This document shows, in pieces, positions 26,538 through 40,030 of a stretch of 64,000 bases of DNA. A program made the position numbers and the translations under genes. Under the pieces are notes generated by a model. That model did no database searches, was not told the DNA's origin, and worked only from the letters and a program-made list of their open reading frames with translations. The stretch's first letter is position 1, and every line of letters starts with the position of its first letter. The DNA comes from Mytilus edulis (Eukaryota): contig NC_092350.1 of assembly GCF_963676685.1 (NCBI RefSeq), positions 15,066,001-15,130,000 of the forward strand. Reading direction: 5' to 3'.

Positions 26538-27653
26538 GGCAGATTTTACAGTATTTTGTTCTGTCTCCTACTTTCATGTTGCTAACGTGACAGAGACAAA
26601 AATGAGTAACGTTAGCGACATTTGGACATGTCACATGAGCAACAACATCTTTAAAAGTTAAAATGTATGCACACAGTGATGTTTAATATACGCCTGGAGT
26701 AATAAAATTGTACAGTCTGGTTTAGAATTTCTAAATATACAGAATGTCATTTGCAGGTGTACTTTATATCAAATGAATACACAAGAAACCAATTCGTAAT
26801 AGTAACATTAGCAACATCTACTATCATGACATTACGTTTTGTTGCGAACGTCTTTTTGGTGGACGGAATACATGTAAGGTCCTCTTGTAACGATATTACA
26901 TACAACTTACCTTCTTTGCTTCCCCATCATGTGAAGGAACTGACTCCGAATCTATTTCTGCAAAGGGCGATATCGTAACTCCTATACAGGAGAGTTACAG
27001 ATCTAAATATATGTTGCTCACGTGACACTGAATTGGACGGAAACGTCGAGCAGTAACGTTCGCAAAAAATAAAACAGCCAATGATATTGATTCCTCAAGT
27101 CCTTTGAACCCCTTACGTCATCCAAATTTAATATGATTGCTATTTTCAATTATTTATAAAACCTGGGATAAAAATAACTACAATGGACTGTCTGAGAACC
27201 ATCAAGAAAATTGCGATCGTGACATACCACAATGGACGGAAAAGACGTGACGTTAGCAACAATATTATTAAATTACCTTTTTTAGCCTTTACCAATAAAA
27301 ATCTGCCTTAAAGTTATGATTAAAACACAAAAGAAGACTTTTTATTAAAATATAAGTCCATGTTATTAGGCTCCACTTATAAATAATACTTCAAAATTCC
27401 ACTCCAAATAAGCTGGATGTCAGTAAAGTAGGTCATGATGTCTTTTCCATGTCCAATATTTTGAAATTGAAAACCCTCTAATTCTAACAAAAAACAAACA
27501 CAGAGTAATTTTTATTTTTATTTACTCAGAAAGACACATTTTATTCATTAACATAATGCATTACTCCATTACACAGTCTGTTTCACAGTTTCAGCAATTG
27601 CTTTTTTGATGGATACAAAAAAACAATATTTCCTTCTTATTGTAAAATCTGCC
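26538..27653. mobile_element. Non-autonomous TIR element downstream of the forkhead stop codon
   Basis: TIRs ggcagattttaca / tgtaaaatctgcc with ATAT on both flanks. The interior has repeated aacgttagc(g/a)aca-like motifs. Confidence 0.7.
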
Positions 27654-30240
27654 ATATGTTAGCATTTTAAACTGAAATTAAATTTGGAAGAACTTTGTCC
27701 TCAATTTTTAAGTTTAAAAATCGGGAAATTTCGGATTTTCAATATATGTTCTCTAATGATTTTGCATGTTAACTTTTTTATGATGTTCCTAAAAAAAATG
27801 TTGACATCTAGTTAAGCAAAAGGCATGTGAAAATTTTTTTCTGCTTGAAACATTCAGAATTTTGTCAATGGAAGTAACAAACGAAAAAAAACCAAATAAA
27901 ACTGATTATAATACTTTATAAACATTTAAATGTTTACAAGTGGTTTAAGATTAGATAATAAATCTTATGAAAGGAATAAGTGCTAATTATATAAAATATA
28001 GTATGTGTGATCAACATTAAAAAACATTGTTTGGTAATAAACAAAACTTGGATGATTAAGATTTAGTGAGTATTTAACTTTATTTTGTGTTTCAAAAGTA
28101 CAAATTATGGAGTTACATTTTAGCATTTTCTTATATTTTTGCCTGTATTATTCATTGTATATTTGTTTTACTGTGGCAACTGTAGTTCTTGTTCAATTTT
28201 CACATTGTAATGCATTGTATCTTTCATTGGAAAGAAAGTTGTATAAAATCAATACAGTTTTTGGATAATCTAAAAGACCATCTGTTTCTGGAAATAGGGC
28301 AGAAAGCTTTTAAAAGATAAGAGGAAGAAAAGAAAAAAACCCAACTGTTTAATGGATGTTCAGGAGCATGAACTTTCATCAGATTTTAAATTGTCTCTTT
28401 TTTCAAACACTACGAAACCATTGTTTATACTTCAAAACATAGAAACTTATCAAACATTAGTTAAATTCATGACACACCCTTTAATTCAGGATTGATGATC
28501 TAAACATTTGTCAAATACGGTTGCCACAATTTAAATTGTTTTTTTTAACTAAATAGTGAAAATCATGCAAGAACTTAAACTTCAACTTAATGTTTCTTGT
28601 AGGAATTATGGTACATAATCCCATAAAAAAGTGAAGCTTGACCATATCATTAGCCCTTGCCTTCGATAGAAACTTTGGATAAAAAAAAATGAAAATTTAT
28701 TATTCCTATTTTGAATTGATATGCTTTCTCGAAACATGACTTACTGTAAAAAAAAAATGGATTGGTTACTTTTTAAATTTGGTTTATCCGATGTGCTTTT
28801 ATGAATTAATAATCATCAGGTACATGTAGTGTTGAATCACATATTTTAAAGGATTATTAAGACTTAGATGTGTATGAAATTTAAAAGGTGTGAATGTGCT
28901 TTTTTTTCATTTTTAATGTTCACTGTAACATCTCAAAGGAATTAATATTTTCCGTCTGGTTTTCCTTTTTTTTTAAAGGTTAAATCATCTAGCAGTCACA
29001 GTGTTTATATCTTGAGATAAAGAAAAATATGATACTCACACTTTTACACACATGCAATCTTTTTTCAATTGTTTTCTTAGGGTTATATATTATGCTCAGC
29101 TTAAATTTTTATATTGTCAGTTGATGCATGAAAATAAATCTTCATTAAATACTTTCCACTACACAAAAGAGAAATGAATGTGAAAATCCCAGAATCAATA
29201 AATTGTTTAAGTGCGGCCTATTTTTCAAAAACCTTGTTGGTATAATAACAATCTGCATTAAATCAACTTTTGTTTAATTTATTTGTTTTTATGTACCTAA
29301 TTGTTTATGTTTATTGTTTTGATTGTTAGATATTTATTATATTATGTACTTTAATTTAAATTCTTCAGATATGTGAGAAAAAAGTTTGTAATAAAAAAAA
29401 TGTGAATTCGGTTATGTCTTTTTTTTTAGGTAAATCAGAGTTACTATCCTGAACACCCCTTTATACAGGAATCTTATCAACCTGTCTATGATGTGCTGAG
29501 GATTTTTTTATTTAAGATATTTGTGAATATCTTTTACTAAAGTTTAGTCAACTTTTAACCAGAGATTATAATTTGATGGCAAAAATGGCATGCCAGTATT
29601 TTTATGATCCTGACCACTTCATATAGTTTCACCCTTGTCAGTCATTCCCTTATTCCGTCATTTCACACAAAAGGTATATAGACTTTTTTTCAAAATGCGT
29701 TTACATATTCAACTGCTTAGTATGTGAGGTAAAAAAAATATTTTTTACTTCATAACTTACCGTTTTGCTAAGGAAACAAGATCATGCATATATTTGGCTT
29801 ATACAAATTAGGTGACGACAACAAAATGTTCATGGAATTACAGTTTACAAATTTGATACTTCCAAAGCAAATTATGGTGTTTTGAAACAAGGTAAGTCTC
29901 ATGCATCTTGATTACTGAAAGATATGATTCAAAATGAATGATCATGCCAATAACCCCAGATACAAATACAGTACTAGACAGACACGCTGGGTTGGACGTT
30001 TATCGCGCTAGCCCACACGTTAGTCCACTTAACATGTCATCATACCCTGATACATTCTGTGTCTTAAATTGGTACATTTCGTATACTTTGAGATGTCCAA
30101 ATATGTAGTTTGGCGTGTCCCCAGGTTTAAACCATGAGTCCATGCACTAGAAGAAAAAAATTGCGACAAAACAACCAAATTGTTTTTATGTTTTCCTGGT
30201 GCGAACATGTCTATTAAATTATATTTTGCAAATTACTTAA

Positions 30241-31589
30241 GGATGTACACCTCATGAGGAGCCAAAAATTTCTAGAATTAAACTTTTTTTCTAAACCTGA
30301 TTTTTCGGTTTATATGACTGTAAAACAATAACTGGTAAAGAAAAAATCATATGGTGCTGGCTTCTTTTTTTGCTACGGCCCTCTGAAAGTACCAAATTTT
30401 GATGATTTTTCATCAACTTTTACCCATTTTTGGGCTATTATCCTGAAAAAAATCACAGTTCCACAATTAAACTTTTTTTCATACCCTCAATAAAGATGAA
30501 GTGGACCAATATGAATAAATTCAACTCAAAAAACCTATAGGTAGGTGTTAATATAAGAAGTTTTATCATATTTTGATGCTTTTTTGTGTCAAATTTACCA
30601 TGTTGTCAATTTTGTAAAGGAGTAGGTTCAGTAAGACCCCTTTTTGGCCTCAAAATATAGCAGTTTTAGAAAATTGTGAAAATGTAACCGTTAAGATATT
30701 TATTGCAAAGAAGAATGCTTCTGCTACAAAAATATGGGCTATTTTTGACAAAACAATGCACATTTATCGGTTACTAGCATCATTAAGTCATGCTAAATTA
30801 CTGAAATCTTCACAATTGTAGCATTTTAGTTAAATTTTAGACGGTTACCGTCTGAAATGAAAGTGGCCGCATTCGTGTTCATTCATAATATTGAAATGTA
30901 AGTTGTATTTGATGATAATACATAATATATATAAAGGTTGAGGATGAACACGGATGCGGCCACTTTCATTTTTGACAAAAATCATCTGAAAAGTGACGAT
31001 TTTTGGCATATTTGATAGATTTTTCATATTTAAGCTTGAATCGGGGCGTTTTAAATGACTTATTAAGTTAAAATTTTCCCCATTGACTAATATTGAATCA
31101 ATTGAAATGGACACTTAAGTGTTTAGAAAGTGTCTAAAATCTTTCGTTAGATGAACTTGAAAATTGAGGCCGAAATCGGCCCGTACCGGACCTACTCCTT
31201 TGTGATTTTTCTCTGTTTAAAGAACAAAATGCATATTATTTCAACTTCCTTGTTATAAATGATTGAAAAAAATACATATATAAGAAATTTGAAAAGAAAA
31301 AGTTATATGGGAAGTGTATGTTTCTGGGAAAATCATTTTTTTGTACCCCTCACCCATTTTTCTCAAAATTTCACTAAAAAAGACTGACTTGATTAGTAAT
31401 AAAATTTGAAAATTGCAATACTCAAAAACTACTTATTGGAAATACACAATTCTTTTACAGAGTTAATTTTGATTATGATAATTATCAAATTCATTGCTTT
31501 TTTCCACTTGTATCACATGTTTTGGAAATAATTCCAGAACAAGATTTCAATGAGACTAAATGAGACTGAAATGTCAGAAGAATACATCC
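30241..31589. mobile_element. TTAA-targeting non-autonomous DNA transposon (GG...CC ends, Kolobok-like)
   Basis: ttaa|ggatgta ... tacatcc|ttaa. Confidence 0.65.
30619..31198. mobile_element. Nested TIR element inside 30241-31589
   Basis: TIRs ggagtaggttcagtaag / cgtaccggacctactcc, with an internal inverted repeat aatgaaagtggccgcat / atgcggccactttcatt. Confidence 0.7.
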
Positions 31590-33399
31590 TTAAGATGAAA
31601 TATTTTTCTAATTTCCAGACATTAATTTTATGAGCAATGTATTATATTGTAACATTAACAATACCAATCTTCTGCATAAGATATAGGGATATGTGATATG
31701 AGACCCCTCTCCATCCAAGTCACAATTTTTAAAAGTAAACCATTGAAAGTCAAGGTACGGGTTTCAATTCGAAGCCTTGGCTCACACCAAACAGCAAGCT
31801 AAAAAGGACCCCAAAAAAACTACTAGTGTAAAACCATTCAAACAGGAAACCTATATTTATTTAAAAAAAACGATAAATGAAAAGCTCTTATAATAATTTC
31901 AATAACTAAAGTCTCATTGATGCCCGAGGCACACATCTTTGAAAATCAAATTTTGACGAGCCTGTAACTATTCATATACTTGTAGGTATATAAACATTTA
32001 AATAAATTTACTTGGCATGTTCGAAAGTCCATATCTTGTAAACAGATGATTTGCCAAGGTATGAAATAAATGTCTGACTGTTATGTCCGTTAACTTTTCA
32101 TCAATTAATTAAGGAATAAAAACAGTAGGTACCATTAGGAGTTCAGTAGCAAACAGTTTAACGAATTTATCACACACAAGACTTGTCATGCAAAGTTTTG
32201 TTTAAAAATAAAAATTAACAAGAGGCATAGAAGAGGTTGTGTCGACCACCTAGGTATATGTGCATTTTCTAAAAGAGGATAACAAAATCGTCATTCAAGG
32301 GCAATAACTCCTATCTAATATTATTTTTCAAATTTGACCTGATTGTAGATTTTGGCCTGCTGATAATTTTTCTTGTTAAAAGTCTATCTATCGTATAAAG
32401 TTTTCAAAATAATTGGCAGAATCGTCATTAAAAGGCAATACGTTCAACAACCAGCCAACTGAATAATGCAACCATTCGACTTATGTGTATATTTTTACTT
32501 GCTGATCACGTTTTCTATATATTTTGTCTACTGTATATTTTTTATAGCGATTGTTGTGAGTCCTCTTTGCGACTTTTTTTTATCAGGTTTTGTTTTACCA
32601 TTGTTTACAAATAATTTTTTAGTGCCTAAGTATCTTCTGAATCTTTTTTGTTTAGTTTAACAATATATTTTTACAAACGTTTCCAAATAATGACAGAGAA
32701 TTAGGTGTTTGCCCCACTGCCCACCACATTTTAAATAGGATCACACCTTACATCATTGTCCTCGTATTTTCATCTACCGTGAAATCCGTTTTATATCTAC
32801 AGTTAATAAATGGATTCTTGAACAATTCACAAAACACAGAAGTAAACTGTACCTTTAGTCATTAAATACCTCCATTTCTTGTTCTATCATCAAGTTTGAA
32901 GTTGAAGGCCTATACAGAGAAATAACATTAAAGTAACTTGGACGTATTTGTCCCAATGAAATAACTCAACTACATCTGAAAATTTGGCCAAACGATTATC
33001 AACTAATGCTTTAAATGACTATTGAAACGACTTTCGCCTACATCATGTCTTTATTTTTGTGCAGCTTTTTCAAGTATCAATATTATACACATAAATTGCT
33101 GCAGCTGCTTGTTTAATTGCGAACACACAAAAGAAGCAAGTATCTGTTTTTAATGGCCTAGCAAGGCTGAGATAACTGCATTTTTTACTATATTCTCTTC
33201 AAGCTGATCACAGAGAAACTGTTCTAGTCGAAAATTATACATTTAAATTGAGTCTAGCTTAATCATTGGGAAAACGCTGGAGTCTATACGGGATCCCCCA
33301 TTGTAGACGACTGCTCTACAAGAATGGTACCGTAGCTTCTAATTTAAATACTTTCCTTACAAATCTTTTAATGTTTGGCTTAACTATATATAAAAAAAA

Positions 33400-34930
33400 A
33401 ATTAGCAAAAACCCGGAACACCAAGGAAACTTCAAAACGGAAAGTTCTTAAAATCAAAACCTCAAAAACATGAAACGAATGGAAATCAACTGTCATATTT
33501 CTGACGAGGTACATACATTTTCGTACATAGAAAATTGTATTAGACCTGATTTTATAGCTAGCCAAACCTCTCATTTGCATAAATGCAGAACAGCATTTTT
33601 CTAAAATAGTTTCGTACTTCATGTTCTTCTTGCATCAAAATAATTATATGCACCTGTGTACTTTATTTTATTGAACGTCCTCTTTTGTTCGATGTTATAG
33701 TTGTCTTTCTGATAGTGTTTTACGATTCCCCCTCTTTCAATAATTTTGTAATTGCATTGTGTCAAAGATCAAATTTATTCGTTCAGTGTATATAACTTGT
33801 TTTTGATAAGATGTCTTTTGATTGAGTTAAGCCATTTCAATTGATTTTTTTATATATGTTGTGATGTTACATTCAGCTTAGAATAAAGGTTGGTACCTGT
33901 TAAAACATTTAAACCTACTGCATTTGTTTGCAACTGTCGTCGGGAACCTGTTGTTCAGTGGTTGTCGTTTGTCGATGTGGTTCATAAGTTTTCTCGTTCT
34001 TCGTGTTCTATAAAGATTAGACCGGTGGTTTTCTGGTTTGAATGGTTTTACAATAGTAATTTTAAGATCCTTGCAATTCGGTGTTGACAAAGGCTCGGTG
34101 TTGAAGGCAATACTTTGACATTAAATGTTTTACTTTTTAAGAATTGTGACTTAGATGGAGAGTTGTTTCATTGGCACTTCTACCACATGTTCTTTTATCA
34201 ACTTCATTGACGCTCGACCTTGATAAGCCTGACAATGTCATTGCTGGTTACGTATAAGTATAAATGCTACATAAACACGTAAACCTTGATATTTACATGA
34301 ACTGAACAACAGCAAAATATGTTAAAAACAAAGAAAAACATAAGAAGCAAAGATAAACGACTTTTTAAGATATTAACTGTTTCTTTCACGATGGTCGTGA
34401 AGTATAAATTCTAGGTACTGACGTTGTTTATTATCTTAATAACTTCTTAAAGTATTCTTTTATTTGTCTTTGTGAATATTACTTTTACTTTTTAGTCTAT
34501 TTTTTGGCAATGTGTATATGAAGTGGCTCGGTACTTATACATACCGCATTTTGTTTTTGTGCAATTGTGTATTTTTGTATTCTTGTCTTTCATTTTTGAT
34601 AATGTGCTTTTACTACATGGCATTTTTGTGTTTCTTCGTTGACATATTTATTTGTTTTATAGTGATGAAGATTATAATTCATTTTTACATATTATGTCTG
34701 TTTGTGTTGTTCACACATTGTTGTCAATATAATGGAATTTGATGCGACTGTCATACAAGTGAGATGTTTAGCTAGCTATACAACCAAGTTTAATCCACAA
34801 TTTTCTACATAAGAAAATGACTACCAATTCAGGAATATGACAGTTGTTTGATGTGTTTGAGCTCTTGACATTGTCATTTGAAAATTGACTTTTCATTTTG
34901 ATTTTTTCTGGGAGATCGTTAGTTTTTTTA
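33400..34930. mobile_element. Cluster of SINE-like fragments in both orientations
   Basis: 33400-33580 is an inverted, diverged relative of 34740-34920, with another dispersed repeat at 33800-34200 between them. Confidence 0.55.
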
Positions 34931-35200
34931 AAGTTATTTTACTTTTTACCTCGCACAATAAAAAAAACCCCACCTTTATTAAGCCGATGCTTAAAAAGGC
35001 AATTTTATATAATCACCAAGTAATTATAAAATCTTTTGAAATTTGATATTTGTCGATGATTGGTTGACATTAATAATCCGTACCATATTACAATACCATT
35101 AAATTATTTATGAATAAGTGATCACGACCGTACAAATTATTCATGTTTATGATCATCTAGTTATTAATTCATTGATTTTACTGATTCAGACACATCCAGA

Positions 35201-35213
35201 ATGGCAATGCAAG
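35201..35213 (+). CDS. Candidate initiating micro-exon (MAMQ), possibly exon 1 of the GT47 gene
   Basis: aga ATG GCA ATG CAA G|GTAAGT: good start context and a perfect donor. The next clear acceptors are the ttttctag sites at 41958 and 44162. Confidence 0.35.
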
Positions 35214-35482
35214 GTAAGTAAATGTGCATAATTTTATTTTGGGTTTAAAAAAAAATGACAATGGACTCCAATATTTATAAGATTCAATTTGATTCATGTA
35301 ATTGTATTGGTTTCCGATAAGTCATGTAAGTTTATAATCTTTATTTTCAATTTTAGTCACCCTTTTTATGACTTTTTTTATTCAAAAATATACGAAGTTC
35401 AATGTTGTTTACTAAAGTAAAGGTTTGCTTAAAACTCTACTATTTACAATAGCTAAGTAACCAGACGCGTTTTAAAACTTGG

Positions 35483-36989
35483 GAAACGTACAGAAAGTCA
35501 CCGGACATAAAGTCACAAATTTGTTTGGAAAAAAGAAGACAAATAATTTGTTGACACTTATTTGAATTTATAAAAGAAAGATCTTGAAATATTTGATTTT
35601 TATTACACATATTCATTTACACTTCAAGGAACTTTAGTTAATAAGCCTTTATAAATGAAATTTTATTAAATTTTATCAAAGCAAAGGATATATTTCTTGG
35701 CACCATGAAGCCGTTTAAGTACTAGTCGGCTTTGATATTTTGTATTCCTAACAATTATTTGTTCATAATTGATATTTATTAAATATATTTTAATTACAAA
35801 GTTGTAAAATTAAGAATGAAAATGGTATTATATGTCAAAGAGACAACAACCCGACCAAAGAGCAAACAAAAATACATTTTTTTTAATTAACTATGTGTTT
35901 TCTTCTTAAAAGAAAAATAATCTCAACTAGATTTGCCATTGCAAGCAATAGCGGATGTCACCCTTCCCCCTATTGCCACTAAGCGGCAGCCATTTCTATG
36001 GCAACGGCAGCCATTTTCAAATTTTCAAAGTCATAAGTCTCATCTTTACTTGTCAGTTAACAATAATATCAAGTTTCATTAAGTTCAAAGCATTTTGAAA
36101 AATTTTGACATTTTTGCAGTTTCCATGGCAACAGTGGCCATTTTGGAAATTCCAACTTCAAAAGTCTCATGCAGACTTGACAGTCAACAATCCTGTTAAG
36201 GAACATCAATTTTGGAGCATTTTGAAATTTTTGAAATTTTTGACATTTTGATTGGTTTCTATGGCAACAGAGACCATTCCCAAAATTTAATGGCATAAAC
36301 CACATTGGTACATGGGAGGGACCATACCATCAAAGTTTGGATCAATTTGACCTACCATTTTAAGAAAGTAAATGCCACTTTAAGATTTTTGGACCATTTT
36401 GACCTGTTTTGCATTGTTTCCATGGTAACGGCAGACATTTTCGAAATTCCAACGCCAAATTCTACATCTACCAATGTTGCTCATCGTTACTGTGAAGTTT
36501 CATTAAATTTGGAGCATTTCCATATTTTTGAAATTTTTAGTGTGGTATCCGTGGCAACATAGCAGTTCCAATGATTGCCAAAATCATCCAAAAGCAGTAT
36601 ATAGTGGGCACCTACATTTGATTAAAATCTAAAGATTTTAAGCTTAAGCATTCTCAAACAATTCACCTAACTCCAAAATTATATTTTTTCACCATTTTTC
36701 CGTTTCCATGGTGATAGCAGTCATTTTTTAGTTCCAAAGTTGCACTGCAAATGGAAAGTCAGGGTTCCTTGTTATAGTGCACCATCGTTTAGATTGGTTC
36801 CTTTGGCTCTGAGAAAACTGCCGGACAAAATTAGGTGGAAGAAAAATAATAATAATAGAGGAAAAGCAATATGTCACCCGACATTGTCGATCGGGTGACA
36901 TAAAAATGAATCGTGACTTTTTCCCCGTGACTATTTGTCCGTGACTTCTTGTCTGTCCTTTTGTCTTGTGACTTTCTGTCCTACATTCG
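35483..36989. mobile_element. TIR element carrying a nested insertion
   Basis: Imperfect TIRs gaaacgtacagaaagtcac / gtgactttctgtcctacattc with repeated subterminal gtcac/gtgac motifs. Confidence 0.6.
35924..36906 (-). mobile_element. Helentron-associated non-autonomous element nested in 35483-36989
   Basis: Subterminal IRs atgtcaccc (~35954) and gggtgacat (36893-36901), terminal hairpin atgtcacccga..tcgggtgacat, (AAT)n microsatellite, and repeated ccatggcaac cores. Confidence 0.7.
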
Positions 36990-39311
36990 TTAACTTATAC
37001 TTTCTAAGATAATAACAAAAGAGTTTCTAGCATTAAATATGCATACAAGCTTATTTTATCAGTCAAATCAAAGGATATTTTTCAAATACAAAATTAAATT
37101 CTAAACAAGGAAATAGAGAGTAACAATTACCGCACTATCAATCATTATCCCAGATAATTTCAATGCATCAGAAAATTCAAGATGGAGAGCAATATGTTTT
37201 TCAATAAAACATTTTATTTGGCAAACTACTATCTGTATATAAAAGTACTTAAAATAAAAAACTTTCCAGTCCATCTGTTTACATTTTTCAAAAGAAAATT
37301 CAAGAGGGAGAGCAATGTGTTTTTTCAAAAAATGAAATCACGATTTCTAGTAAATCTAATGAACTGCAAGTGCAAACTTTATAACTAATTAAACATCGAA
37401 AAAGAGGCCCCAGCATGTTAACTATTTAATTCAGCACAACTTTGATATTGGGTTTGAAAACAAATAACCTTATGATGACAAGGCTACGTTTATCTTTACA
37501 AATCTTCTTTTTAGAATAGTAGTTCTATTCTCATCAGTGCACTTCATCATTTGAAATTATAAAAAAGGATAATTTTAGCAAAACCATACAGGTAGATCAA
37601 TATGTCACGATTGTGTTTATTATAGTCTGTAACACGTGACGAGACAGTTTTATTTGACAACAATATATATTGTTATTTTAATTTACAAAATAGTAATTAA
37701 CACTGATATCTTTTTCGAAAATCGACGTGACGAAAACTATAACAATGATACTTTGATATCTTGAAAAAATCAAGTAATTTCACATTGAATATTTTTGAAG
37801 TGGGAGACAAATAACTGATAAAGATAAACTAATGATATCAGCTCCAACCCCCCTTTCAAAAGTTAATGTCTCATCTGTATAGTTATGTACCTACCTATGA
37901 AGTACGATACACACCTTGTAAAAACAATGTAGGCATAGTGTCCGGATGGGTCCTTATTTCTTGATAGGTGTTTGATTCGAGTGGAATCAAGTCCCCCCGT
38001 GAATATGATGCAAAATTTAAACGAAAAAATGTCTTTCCTGAAAAGACGTTATAACCAAGCTAAAACTTGATAGACCAGGTTAGTTAGTATTTATCATACA
38101 AATTATTATTGGCCATTAATTGAAGTATTGATGTAAAACAGACTGTTTATATAAATAGAACAAAGCCATTTTTATAACATACAAATGCAAAATCGAATTG
38201 TCGAAGAGATATTATCTATGTAGTCTTATATTATCAGACATGTCATATGCACGGCAAAGTACATTTTGAACATACATTAGTTTTTAACTTTCTTGTTATT
38301 ATGTACAAATATGACTTTTCACATAATATACAATGATGATTATTATTTCTTTACGTAATAAATAAAGTGCTGCTGTCTGCCTCATTTGGTGGTCAGCTGA
38401 TCACAGCACTAAACAGTAATATGATGTTGTTTTGACCCTTTATCTGATAAAAAGAAAAAAATGACATTAAATGAAACTCAAAAACCCAACTCTGGTATCA
38501 TTTTGATAATTGGTATTGAAAGACATCTGTAATAATTTAACCTTTATTCACAAGTACCAAACCCCTTAAATAAAATTGAATCACTTGATATATATAACCA
38601 AAAGTCGAGTCAATTTAGGTAGAGTTATTTATCTGAATTATTTTTCTGTTCCAAATTTACTCCCTCAAGCTCATGCATACGTTTTTGATTTATTATCTGT
38701 ATGCTTTTAATGTTTAAATAAATCTTGATTAAAATTTGAAGTACGATAAAACGATAAAAAAAGTCTGATGGGAGTTTTTGAAGACATTGACTGGCTATAC
38801 AGCCCTCGCACGGTCGAAAAAAAGTCAAGACAATCGAGTGCAGACTTTATACTACCCGTTTATTTTTTTCAAGTTAATAGTTTAAAATATATTTGTGTAT
38901 ACATTAATCTGAAAATGAAGTGCGAACATACATAAAAACATACTAGTATATAAAAAATGAATTTAAAGCTCAACATGAACAAATATCATACTAATAATTA
39001 TAAAGATGTCTATCTGAAATCCATATTCCGATACTTTTGTACGTGTAAGATAAAGGTCAATAAACATATGTTACAAACTCAGAAAAATTTAACATGTTCG
39101 CTCATCTTTAATAAAATCTTAGATGATAGTAGTCTCGTATAAAATTGATACAATAATTTGTAATTTATTTAAAATGAGGAATAGAACTGTGTAGGTTAGT
39201 TTATATTATATAATAATATGCATAAAGTTGTATATGACGTTTAACGTCCAGTAGCAAATACTATCGCTATTTTATGAAATTTTCTTTTGATCTTACTGAC
39301 TGATAATATTA

Positions 39312-39449
39312 GTTACACAGTGTGCAATTGTCCTAATACGAGAATTTATCGGGTCAATAAAATTCATATCGGGGGAGGCGAAGCCAAACCCGATATGAAT
39401 TTTATTGACCCGATAAATTCCGTATTAGGACAATTGAACACTGTGTAAC
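39312..39449 (+). repeat. Long palindrome with central GGC-GAA-GCC mini-hairpin
   Basis: ~61-bp near-perfect arms; centre at 39377-39385. Confidence 0.9.
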
Positions 39450-40030
39450 GAATTTATCTTGATTTTGTTATATTACATATTATTATATTTAAATTCAATA
39501 TTTGTACAATAATCAACCAAATATATTTAAGATATTTAATCTAAACCTGTTAAAAATTTAAAATATTAGAACTATAAAGCAAATCTTTATTTTTATTTTT
39601 TGTTAGATCAATGGTATAAGGGAGATAATTCCAATTGACGTAATAAATAAGGGACATAATTCCTATTGACGTAATACAAAAATTGTACTGAAATTTATTA
39701 GGACAATATAAGCCAATCAAATAAATTGCGAGAAATTACTCTCAATCAGGATAATTTTCTTTCTCAGCACAGTAGAGTGATGAATAATATTCGCAATAAA
39801 CTAAGGGCACACGTGCCTTTTGTCAGTGAAATTAACAACGTCGTCATAGATAATAAAAAAAACCACTCCCCTCGTACCGGCTCAAGCGAGAAAATCTCGT
39901 TGAGATGATAAACGATAATCTATAAATATATGTCTGAGTGATAGCAAAACGATTGTAACAGCAAATATGTTGAAGAAATTAAAAAATATCGTAATATTTC
40001 TATATTTGTAATCACATTTTTCATTTTTTT

